A stretch of DNA of 58,959 bases, counting the filler. It is 4 parts of 4 records of this genome, joined end to end, with 100 filler letters (N's around TTAATTAATTAA, not from the genome) between each part and the next. Parts side by side here need not be neighbours in the genome. Positions count along the whole stretch, not along the records: positions 49,849 to 58,959 come from DRR723986_8393; 3 more parts are not named here. One strand, given 5' to 3'. The position numbers and the translations under genes were made by a program. Below, piece after piece: positions 51,447 through 58,959 of the stretch (positions are counted from its first letter, which is position 1; every line of letters begins with the position of its first letter). A model generated the notes under the pieces. That model was not told where the DNA came from. It ran no database searches and worked only from the letters and a program-made list of their open reading frames with translations.

Positions 51447-52337
51447 ATGACCGAAGATCAGCTCATTGGCCTGATTTCTCAAAACATCCTTTACCTGCTT
51501 GGCGCGGTGCTGCTTGTCGTTGTCATCCTCAAAGGCATCCGCATCGTTCCACAGTCTGAAAAATACGTGGTGGAACGTTTTGGCCGCCTGCATTCGGTGC
51601 TTGGCCCCGGCATCAACTTTATCGTGCCGTTTCTGGATGCCGTTGCCCACCGCATCTCGATCCTTGAACGCCAGTTGCCAACCGCCAGCCAAGACGCGAT
51701 CACCAAAGACAACGTGCTGGTACAGGTCGATACCTCAGTCTTTTACCGCATCACCGAACCGGAAAAGACCGTCTACCGAATCCGCGATGTGGACGCCGCG
51801 ATTTCCACCACCGTTGCCGGCATCGTGCGAGCTGAAATCGGCAAAATGGATCTCGACGAAGTGCAATCCAACCGCAACCAACTGATCACCACAATCAAAG
51901 CCCTGGTGGAAAGTTCGGTTGATGATTGGGGTATCGAAGTCACCCGTGCCGAAATCCTTGATGTGAACCTGGACCAAGCCACCCGCGACGCGATGCTGCA
52001 ACAGCTCAACGCCGAACGCGCCCGCCGGGCGCAGGTGACCGAAGCCGAAGGCGCAAAACGCGCCGTCGAATTGAACGCCGACGCGGAGCTTTATGCCGCC
52101 GAACAGATCGCCAAAGCCCGCCGCATCGAAGCCGATGCCGAAGCTTACGCCACCGAAGTCGTGGCCAAAGCCATCGCCGATCACGGCATCGAAGCCGCGC
52201 AATACCAAGTTGCCCTGAAACAGGTCGACGCTCTGAACGCCTTGGGCAACGGCACCGGCAAACAAACCATCGTCCTGCCTGCCAACGCACTCGAAGCCTT
52301 TGGCGACGCCTTCAAAATGCTGAAAGGGGGCAAGTAA
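51447..52337 (+). CDS. SPFH/stomatin-family protein (QmcA-like)
   Basis: N-terminal TM, VVERFG, ITKDNV, WGIEVTR.EI, AERARRA..EAEG. Confidence 0.93.
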   Translation: MTEDQLIGLISQNILYLLGAVLLVVVILKGIRIVPQSEKYVVERFGRLHSVLGPGINFIVPFLDAVAHRISILERQLPTASQDAITKDNVLVQVDTSVFYRITEPEKTVYRIRDVDAAISTTVAGIVRAEIGKMDLDEVQSNRNQLITTIKALVESSVDDWGIEVTRAEILDVNLDQATRDAMLQQLNAERARRAQVTEAEGAKRAVELNADAELYAAEQIAKARRIEADAEAYATEVVAKAIADHGIEAAQYQVALKQVDALNALGNGTGKQTIVLPANALEAFGDAFKMLKGGK

Positions 52338-52615
52338 TGACTGCTGAGTTCTGGACACTCTGGTGGGTCTGGATGGCCGGGGCGCTGGTGCTTGGCATCC
52401 TCGAGGTGCTGATCCCCGGCTTTGTGTTTCTCGGCTTTGCCATCGGCGCACTCGCGGTCGGGCTTATCTTGCTGCTTTCAGGGGCAAGCCTGAGCCTGCC
52501 GGTGCTGCTGCTGATCTTTGCCGCCCTGTCTCTGACCGCGTGGCTGGTCATGCGCAAATTCTTTGCTCTGCCCAAAGGTCAGGTGAAACACTTCACTACC
52601 GATATCAACGACTGA
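52337..52615 (+). CDS. Short NfeD-like membrane protein
   Basis: WWVW..LGILEVLIPGFVFLGF; translationally coupled to the SPFH gene. Confidence 0.8.
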   Translation: MTAEFWTLWWVWMAGALVLGILEVLIPGFVFLGFAIGALAVGLILLLSGASLSLPVLLLIFAALSLTAWLVMRKFFALPKGQVKHFTTDIND

Positions 52616-52623
52616 ACACCCCC

Positions 52624-52655
52624 TCTTCAACCCGGTCGTTGGGTCGGGTTGAAGA
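52624..52655. terminator. Hairpin between convergent genes (terminator or REP-like)
   Basis: TCTTCAACCCG...CGGGTTGAAGA, 11-bp stem. Confidence 0.5.
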
Positions 52656-52678
52656 CACCGATTGAACACTTTGACGCC

Positions 52679-53692
52679 CTACTGGGCGCTGCGTCGTTTC
52701 CGTTCTGGCCAGAACTCATCCACCACGACATAAGCGACGATCACAAAAATCGCAGCACTGGCAACTTGCAGAACGCGCGTGATGCTTTTGACATCTGCTT
52801 CGTCCGAAAAGGGCGCAATCGAGCCGCCATAAACAACCAACGCCGTGGTAATGGCCGACCCTGCTGCCGAAGCGAGGAAATGTTCAGATTTGCCAAGCGC
52901 CCCCAGCGACAGGCAAAAGAAAAAGCACAGCAATATCGGCGTCATGATGACCGGGGCAATGACATTAATTTCGTAACAGATGATTGAAACCGCCGCCCCC
53001 AACAGGTTTGCCGTCAACATCGCCTTGGCAACCGCCTTTCCTGCTTTAGGCAAGGCGGCCAGCTGCTGGCTCAGCAGGGCAACAAAAAACAACACCAGCA
53101 AGGCTGACGCACCGGACAAAAAGAACACCAACGCAAACGGAACTGTGACCAAGGCCATTCTGACGATGCGTCGGTTTGGGTCAAAGTCCTGCGCCGCAGC
53201 AGCCGCCTTTTTCTGTGCTTCGGTCGGTGGCGCGGCAGGAATAAGAACAAACATCAAAGTGGATGTAAATCCGGCAAGAAACAGATTGGCCGGGATCCAA
53301 AGCACCAACACAAACGCCACGTCCGACGATTGCAGAACCAGATTGGGGATCATCAGCGCACCCATCAAGGCGATGACCCCCGGTAGCACACCTGCGCCAG
53401 AGACCGACCACACAAACGATAAAACGATCGCACTGGCCACCAGTATCAGAAACACCGCCGGGTATGGCGCTGTGACAGACGACAACACAAACGAGATCAA
53501 CATCAAACCAATTGAAAAGACAAACAGTTTGCCAAATGCGGCCAATGGCAATGCGTTGGGCGCTTGCAAGAACAACGCCGCAAACACAGCCCCGATCACC
53601 GAGAGCGGCCACCCCAACAACAAGCCCAACGAAAACAGGCCCGTGACCCCGATGGCGAGCCTCAGAACGGAACGGCGATCCTCAATACGCAT
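52679..53692 (-). CDS. Polytopic membrane protein (DUF2955/FUSC-like)
   Basis: About 10 TMs; LRLAIG start; ANLLG motif; overlaps the HlyD gene stop. Confidence 0.65.
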   Translation of the reverse strand: MRIEDRRSVLRLAIGVTGLFSLGLLLGWPLSVIGAVFAALFLQAPNALPLAAFGKLFVFSIGLMLISFVLSSVTAPYPAVFLILVASAIVLSFVWSVSGAGVLPGVIALMGALMIPNLVLQSSDVAFVLVLWIPANLFLAGFTSTLMFVLIPAAPPTEAQKKAAAAAQDFDPNRRIVRMALVTVPFALVFFLSGASALLVLFFVALLSQQLAALPKAGKAVAKAMLTANLLGAAVSIICYEINVIAPVIMTPILLCFFFCLSLGALGKSEHFLASAAGSAITTALVVYGGSIAPFSDEADVKSITRVLQVASAAIFVIVAYVVVDEFWPERKRRSAQ

Positions 53693-54746
53693 AAGACAGA
53701 ATTGAAACCACCCGGATATAGGCGCGTCCAACCATGTTCAGCAAAGAACTGTCGCTCAAGTACATGATCACATCAGCTTGGCCATTCAGTTGAAACCGCA
53801 GATCATCCTCAGCGTTTCCAGCCTCGTATCCCGGCAACACAATGCGCACGGGGAACCGCTCTGGTTCACGCAGGAATCCCTTGGTGCTGGGCGGGCTGGC
53901 CAACTGGCCGGGCACGTCCCCACCGCTCATCGAGACGGCAGAGCTAAAGCTCTCAATGACACCCGGTATGATCTTGCCCGGATGCATATCCAGCACCACA
54001 TCAACCGGTGATCCCACCCCGGCCCGGCCTAGGTTGTTTTCGGTGAAATAAGCCTCGATCCAGATGTCTGTTGCATCAAGGAACGTCAGCAGATCCTGAC
54101 CTGACCGGGCATAAGTGCCCGGCGCAATAAGTAGGTTGGACACGACCCCAGTCGCCGGGGCGCGCAATTCCGTCCATTCAAGATTCAACTCTGCATCTGC
54201 CAGCTCGGCAAGGGCACGTTGAATTTTAGGATTGTCCTGCCCTTTTGATCCCAGCCTTTGTTTGGCCTTTTCCAGATCGGCCTTTGCGTTTTCCAGATTG
54301 GCCTCTGATTCAGCCAACTGACCGCGCGCGTCATCTGCGCGCGTGAGGGCGATCAACCCCTTCTTTTCAAGCGCGAAAACACGTTCCGTTTGCATGCGCA
54401 TGGTGTCCAGGTCGCTCTGCGCCCGGGCCAATTTGGCCTGCGCGCCGCTGACTTCGGCCGATGATGCACCCACGTCCTGCGTCGCGGCCTCAAGATCAGC
54501 TTCGGCCTTGGATTTATCAATCTCGTAAGGACGCCGATCAAGCCGCAGCAAGACATCGCCCGCATTCACAACCTGTCCATTTTCCACCAAAACCTCGGTC
54601 ACAGTGCCCGTCACCTGTGGCACGATCTGAGTCGCGATGGCCTTAACTCTGGCATTGCCGGTAAACGGGGTTTTGCGATCCGCCACCAAATACCAGACGA
54701 GGAAAAACAAAATGACCGCTAGCGTCGTCCAAATCGTCTTCCTCAT
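53682..54746 (-). CDS. HlyD/EmrA-family membrane fusion protein
   Basis: TP.T.NARV, PQVTG.V..V.V..GQ.V..GD.L, coiled hairpin, APATG, AYFTENNL, RFPV. Confidence 0.9.
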   Translation of the reverse strand: MRKTIWTTLAVILFFLVWYLVADRKTPFTGNARVKAIATQIVPQVTGTVTEVLVENGQVVNAGDVLLRLDRRPYEIDKSKAEADLEAATQDVGASSAEVSGAQAKLARAQSDLDTMRMQTERVFALEKKGLIALTRADDARGQLAESEANLENAKADLEKAKQRLGSKGQDNPKIQRALAELADAELNLEWTELRAPATGVVSNLLIAPGTYARSGQDLLTFLDATDIWIEAYFTENNLGRAGVGSPVDVVLDMHPGKIIPGVIESFSSAVSMSGGDVPGQLASPPSTKGFLREPERFPVRIVLPGYEAGNAEDDLRFQLNGQADVIMYLSDSSLLNMVGRAYIRVVSILSYAY

Positions 54747-55822
54747 TCCGCCGCTCCCTCGGCAAGGACTTCGCCCTCGGGCGATGCAGCAATCCAAACT
54801 TTGAACAATTCATAAAATACCGCGAACAACACAGGCCCCATGAAAATCCCGATCAAACCATAGGCCATCATGCCACCAAGAACGCCGATGAGAATGACCA
54901 GCATCGGTGTTTCCAACCCCTTAGAGATGAACACTGGGCGCAGGAAACTGTCCATGATCATGGTCGGAACAGCAAGCACAGTAAACGCAAGCGCCGCCCC
55001 ACCAGACATCGTGCTCCATGCGTAGATGATCACCGGAATCAGAACCAAACCGGGCCCAATCTGAACGATAGACAGGATGAGGCTCACAAAGGCCAGTGTC
55101 GCCGCAGATGAGATCCCGAACACTGCAAGCAACACCCAAACAACAAAGGCCTGAATGGCAGCAACCCCAATGACGCCTTTGGTCACATTTCGGATCGTTG
55201 CACCGGCCAGGGTCACAAACTCACTGCCACGCGGCGCAAACACACGATCTGCAAACCGTTGCAGCCCCTGAACCACTTGCGGGCCGGGCGCAAACAACGC
55301 GCCCATAATAATCGCCGACAACGCAAGCCCAAGCAGGCCAATCCCAATTCCCAGAACTTTCCCAAAGAGCGTTTTGGTGACTTCCAGTATCTGCGCGCCA
55401 TATGTCGCCAGCGCACCACTCAGGTTGCTTTCAAACATTGTCCAGACATCGGCCACCTTACCTCCGACCAGTGGAAACTCCTTTAGGCCCTCTGGTGCGG
55501 GCGGAACCTTCAACTCTCCACTTGCGGCTTTTTCTGCGAATTCTGATCCAAGTTCGGCCGCCCCAGACACGGCTGTTGCAACCGGCCCCAAAGTCAAAAG
55601 CAATCCAAGCAGAACCAATATCGTTGACGCCAGTGATTTACGCCCCCCCAATTTCCCTTGAAGCCAGTCGAAAGCTGGGTAAAGCGCAACACACAAGATA
55701 GCGGCCCAAATGACCACACTTGCAAGCGGTGCAACCATTGCCAACGCGCTGTAGAGGAATAAACCCAAGAACAGTAAGCGTATGGCAAGGTCAACTATTT
55801 TTGCATCCTGCGTCTTTTCCAT
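54743..55822 (-). CDS. AI-2E (UPF0118) family transporter
   Basis: WAAIL.VALYP, GVIGVA.IQ, DS.LRP, GVLGG...G.IG.F.GP. Confidence 0.92.
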   Translation of the reverse strand: MEKTQDAKIVDLAIRLLFLGLFLYSALAMVAPLASVVIWAAILCVALYPAFDWLQGKLGGRKSLASTILVLLGLLLTLGPVATAVSGAAELGSEFAEKAASGELKVPPAPEGLKEFPLVGGKVADVWTMFESNLSGALATYGAQILEVTKTLFGKVLGIGIGLLGLALSAIIMGALFAPGPQVVQGLQRFADRVFAPRGSEFVTLAGATIRNVTKGVIGVAAIQAFVVWVLLAVFGISSAATLAFVSLILSIVQIGPGLVLIPVIIYAWSTMSGGAALAFTVLAVPTMIMDSFLRPVFISKGLETPMLVILIGVLGGMMAYGLIGIFMGPVLFAVFYELFKVWIAASPEGEVLAEGAAE

Positions 55823-56014
55823 TCCATCCCTCCAGAGTAGCTTTTCTTAACCGTACACTCAAAAAATAAGATATGTACATTTATTTGAGTGTCACGGCAC
55901 CTTTACCGAGTGAAAGCCAACTATATCACTCTGACATCGCCCCCCTTTTTTCAGGATTACGATCCAAACCTGTCAAATTATCCGGCAAAGCGATATTATC
56001 GCAGGATACGCTTT

Positions 56015-56332
56015 TCAGTCCTCGTCTGATTGCGAGAGGATCGTGTTTGCGATCGTTGTGGCTGCCGTCACAAAAACACCCAACCCGATGACAATGTAAA
56101 ACATGGTAAATATTTTTCCCGCAGCCGTTTCCGGTGAAAAATCCCCAAAGCCCACAGTCGAAATCGTCACGACCGAAAAATAGACTGCGTCCAGCCAGCT
56201 CCATCCTTCTACATATCGGTAAAAAACAGAGGCCCAAAGGATCATGCCGACCGTAAAAACGAGAATGCCTTTTACGCTATCGTCTTTCAGCGCAACGCTC
56301 ACTCCGCGGGAAATTTTCTTAAGTGCGTTCAT
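56015..56332 (-). CDS. Minimal two-TM potassium channel (Ion_trans_2)
   Basis: [31 protein letters not shown]. Confidence 0.9.
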   Translation of the reverse strand: MNALKKISRGVSVALKDDSVKGILVFTVGMILWASVFYRYVEGWSWLDAVYFSVVTISTVGFGDFSPETAAGKIFTMFYIVIGLGVFVTAATTIANTILSQSDED

Positions 56333-56652
56333 GGTGCCCTCTTCATTAAGTGAAGACCTTGATACCATATTTTCAAATAGATTTCAGAAAGGATTTCTTA
56401 CGATTATCCCCGCCTATTTTGACAGGCCACAATAGCACGCCTCTTAACGTGCATAGCTTACGATTAGCTGTGTTTTATGTGAGCTGAATATTTGCTTTAC
56501 CCACGCAGTGTCAATGCAATTACTATGCACCTTTGCAGCTGCAGCGATGCAGCCGCAGAAAAGCATTGCACCGGCGCTCAAATCACCCCTGTCAGGCTGT
56601 GTTAAACAGGCAATCAATAGACAACGAAATCCACCACAATTGAACTGGCGAA

Positions 56653-57126
56653 TTAGGTGTCCGCTGTGCCATAACCCGATGTCATGACGGCATCGAGTTT
56701 CCTCTGCACCGCGTAATACCCTCGGATTTCCTCGGGCGTGAAACACGCAGCGAATTCGCCAATTCGCGCCATTTCTGTTGCACGGATTCCCTCAATCAGA
56801 TCCCTGCTCTCTTTGGTTAAGGTGTAATAATGCGAGGTCCGGTGTTTGGGGTTGGGAATGGTTTTCAAAAGCCCCCTCTCGATCAGCTCCTTTAACAGGC
56901 GTCCGACCAGCTGACGTTTCACTTGTAGTATCTGCGTGATTTCAGGCCCAGTGGCTTGCGGGACCGAGATCAGAACCTCAAGAATGGCCCGCTCTCCAAC
57001 ACCGATACCTGACCCTTCCAGATCCGCCTCTAGCCGCGACGTGATGTTGCGCAGCAATACGCGGGTCATTTGCATCCCGTCATACAACATCTCAGCAGGC
57101 GTCATATCCTCTGCGTCGTTGGACAT
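56653..57126 (-). CDS. MarR-family transcriptional regulator
   Basis: Winged-helix pattern RAILE..T.PEI...L.V.RQ.V..L...L...GL....NP.HR.S; AAGGAGG RBS. Confidence 0.85.
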   Translation of the reverse strand: MSNDAEDMTPAEMLYDGMQMTRVLLRNITSRLEADLEGSGIGVGERAILEVLISVPQATGPEITQILQVKRQLVGRLLKELIERGLLKTIPNPKHRTSHYYTLTKESRDLIEGIRATEMARIGEFAACFTPEEIRGYYAVQRKLDAVMTSGYGTADT

Positions 57127-57149
57127 ACGAATGCCTCCTTGAATCACTC

Positions 57150-57188
57150 GTCAACCGAGTTGACATATTCTTACCTACCCCATATTTA
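57150..57188 (+). promoter_or_regulatory. Palindrome GTCAAC-CGA-GTTGAC overlapping a TTGACA -35 box
   Basis: Inverted repeat 57150-57164; TTGACA 57160-57165; TATTTA 17 nt further on; between divergent marR and acetyltransferase. Confidence 0.55.
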
Positions 57189-57227
57189 CCCCATGCAAGA
57201 TCATGTTTCCAGACGCGGAGTGGCCCC

Positions 57228-57920
57228 ATGGCTGACCAGAACAGGGTACCCCTGCCAGACCCAAGAACCCGAAACCCATTGGTCTTTCCCGATGGCACAC
57301 ACGATCCAGCCACGGTTTTCCTCTCCCAAGTCATCGACCATCCCAACATCCAAGTTGGGGATTGGACCTATTACAATGACCGCAGCTTACCCGATGACTA
57401 TGCTGGCACCTTGGCCCCTTACCTATTTCCCGGCGCGCCAGAGCAGTTGCACATCGGCAGGTTCTGCCAGATCGCGCAAGGGGTGCAATTCATAACCGCC
57501 ACCGCCAACCACCCAATGGACGGCATTTCCACCTACCCCTTTGGCGTCTTTGACCCGGACCGTATGGGCACCTATCGCGCGTCCCTCCCTCGGGGGCGAG
57601 ATACGATCGTGGGGCATGATTGCTGGATCGGACGAGAGGCCGTATTGATGCCTGGTGCCGAACTTGGCTGCGGTGTCATCGTCGCCGCAAGGGCGGTCGT
57701 GCGTGGCAAAATTCCAGACTATGCGGTGGTGTCTGGAAACCCCGCAACCATTATCCGCATGCGGTTCAAACCTGCCGAAATCGCCCAGTTGCTAGACCTC
57801 GCTTGGTGGTCTTGGCCCCCGGACAAGATTGCCCAGAACCTCCACCTGATCGAGCAAGGCAATGTTCTTGCATTAGCGGACCAAAACGATGCTGACGCCA
57901 TAACCAAACCTCACGACTAA
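57228..57920 (+). CDS. Xenobiotic O-acetyltransferase (Vat/CatB-like, hexapeptide repeat)
   Basis: NI.VGD.TYY, IGRFCQIA, ANHPMDGISTYPF, GHDCWIG, GNPA..IRMRF, WW.W. Confidence 0.9.
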   Translation: MADQNRVPLPDPRTRNPLVFPDGTHDPATVFLSQVIDHPNIQVGDWTYYNDRSLPDDYAGTLAPYLFPGAPEQLHIGRFCQIAQGVQFITATANHPMDGISTYPFGVFDPDRMGTYRASLPRGRDTIVGHDCWIGREAVLMPGAELGCGVIVAARAVVRGKIPDYAVVSGNPATIIRMRFKPAEIAQLLDLAWWSWPPDKIAQNLHLIEQGNVLALADQNDADAITKPHD

Positions 57921-58149
57921 ACCCAGCCTAGCCCAACACCCCAAAATGGTCTCTGACTGCGCCTATTTGCGCGGCCCACAGGGGTGTCCTGCACCTAGCT
58001 GATCAAACCAAACCTCCGCCCAACGGCGTTCTCTGATGAAACCATGTTTCGTCAGCTGGGCATCTGTGAGCCCGCCAAACCCTGCCAATGACAGGGCAAC
58101 CAACCGCCCGGACAAATCTCCCTGGCGAACAACCTAGAAAGCAAAGACA

Positions 58150-58677
58150 ATGAAATTCTCAACGATAACAAACATCTTGGCCCTGCTCAGCGCCCCCTCC
58201 CTCGCCTTGGCTGGCGACGATTGGAACGGCGTTTACGCCGGTGTCCACTTTGGCGTCTCAGACGCTGACCTGACCAGTGGAACCGCCGGCCTCAGCGATC
58301 ATTCCGCCGTTTATGGCCTGCAGCTGGGCTACAACCACAGCCTTGCGGACAAGTGGGTCATTGGGGCTGAACTGAGCTATGGCACCGCCGAATACAAAGG
58401 ATTAGGCCCCGCCAAAAACATGGACACAGCCCGCCTGAAACTAAAGGCCGGTTACGATTTTGGCCCGGCCCTTGTGTATGGCATCCTCGGTTACGCCAAT
58501 GTTGACCTTGGCAACGCCGACGAAAACGGCGCAACCTATGGTATCGGGGTTGGATACAAAGCAACGGACAACATTATCCTCAGCGGGGAACTTATCCGGG
58601 ACAGTTTCGATATCCAGTCCACGGGCAGTGATGCAGACACAACCTCTCTGGCGCTCGGTATCTCTTATCAATTCTAA
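58150..58677 (+). CDS. Small outer-membrane beta-barrel protein (Omp25/RopB-like)
   Basis: Signal peptide, DWNGVYAG, GYN..WVIGAE, C-terminal SYQF. Confidence 0.88.
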   Translation: MKFSTITNILALLSAPSLALAGDDWNGVYAGVHFGVSDADLTSGTAGLSDHSAVYGLQLGYNHSLADKWVIGAELSYGTAEYKGLGPAKNMDTARLKLKAGYDFGPALVYGILGYANVDLGNADENGATYGIGVGYKATDNIILSGELIRDSFDIQSTGSDADTTSLALGISYQF

Positions 58678-58682
58678 ACCTC

Positions 58683-58708
58683 TTGGGGGTCAGTTGATCT
58701 GCCCCCAA
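58683..58708 (+). terminator. Hairpin after the OMP gene
   Basis: TTGGGGG-tCAG-ttgat-CTG-CCCCCAA; no clear U-tract. Confidence 0.4.
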
Positions 58709-58757
58709 CCACAGCCACTGCCCCTTGGCGGGCCAAAATCACCTAAGGAGACCCCTC

Positions 58758-58898
58758 ATGGAGCCGGGTTCAATCATTTTATTTGTCGCAATAGTCGTCG
58801 GCGCATGCATTCTGGGGGGCGCGATCTATTCCGGCCTAACCAAAATAGCCGAGGCCGTCACAAACTTGGAAAACCAACCAACCTTCAAAAACCTCTGA
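58758..58898 (+). CDS. 46-aa single-TM small protein (below the ORF-track cutoff)
   Basis: TAAGGAG RBS; MEPGSIILFVAIVVGACILGGAIYSGLTKIAEAVTNLENQPTFKNL*. Confidence 0.6.
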   Translation: MEPGSIILFVAIVVGACILGGAIYSGLTKIAEAVTNLENQPTFKNL

Positions 58899-58959
58899 TC
58901 CCCCCGCCGCACCTTTTCCATGTGAATTTTGCTGTGCCGCGGCGGTGCACGGGGGGTGC

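Noticed and set aside
58033-58055. CTGATGA as a hammerhead ribozyme core
   Set aside because: No stem II followed by GAAA on either strand; the motif is one arm of a simple hairpin.

Overview
This is not one locus. It is four contigs joined by artificial 100-nt spacers (N-run, TTAATTAATTAA, N-run) at 12739-12838, 42395-42494 and 49749-49848, so no gene context should be read across those joins. Segment 1 (1-12738) looks FCB-group (T9SS-type C-terminal domain). It carries a DUF1287 protein, a membrane-anchored AraC / beta-barrel / lipoprotein-hydrolase module, a hicAB-like toxin-antitoxin pair with a palindromic operator, and a large BNR-MAM-PKD-T9SS protein. Segment 2 (12839-42394) is planctomycete-like: fhcD/ftr, miaB, pcp, a sulfatase, DUF1559, trpG/pabA and partial aroD. 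It holds the most interesting locus: a protein with a TonB/TolA-type S-H-L-T membrane anchor and prenyltransferase repeats, then three divergent PilC/GspF paralogs, I/J/K-like minor pilins with acidic tails and a DUF1559 prepilin, with no ATPase or secretin nearby. Segments 3 (42495-49748) and 4 (49849-58959) are alphaproteobacterial, probably Rhodobacteraceae. Segment 3 is housekeeping (hrcA end, grpE, mutS, maeB, ribokinase, icd end). Segment 4 has tgt with a nucleoside hydrolase, SPFH/NfeD, an AI-2E/HlyD/DUF2955/K-channel cluster and a MarR with a divergent Vat/CatB-like acetyltransferase. I saw no rRNA, tRNA, CRISPR array or transposase. All calls are from motif recognition by eye; no searches were run.
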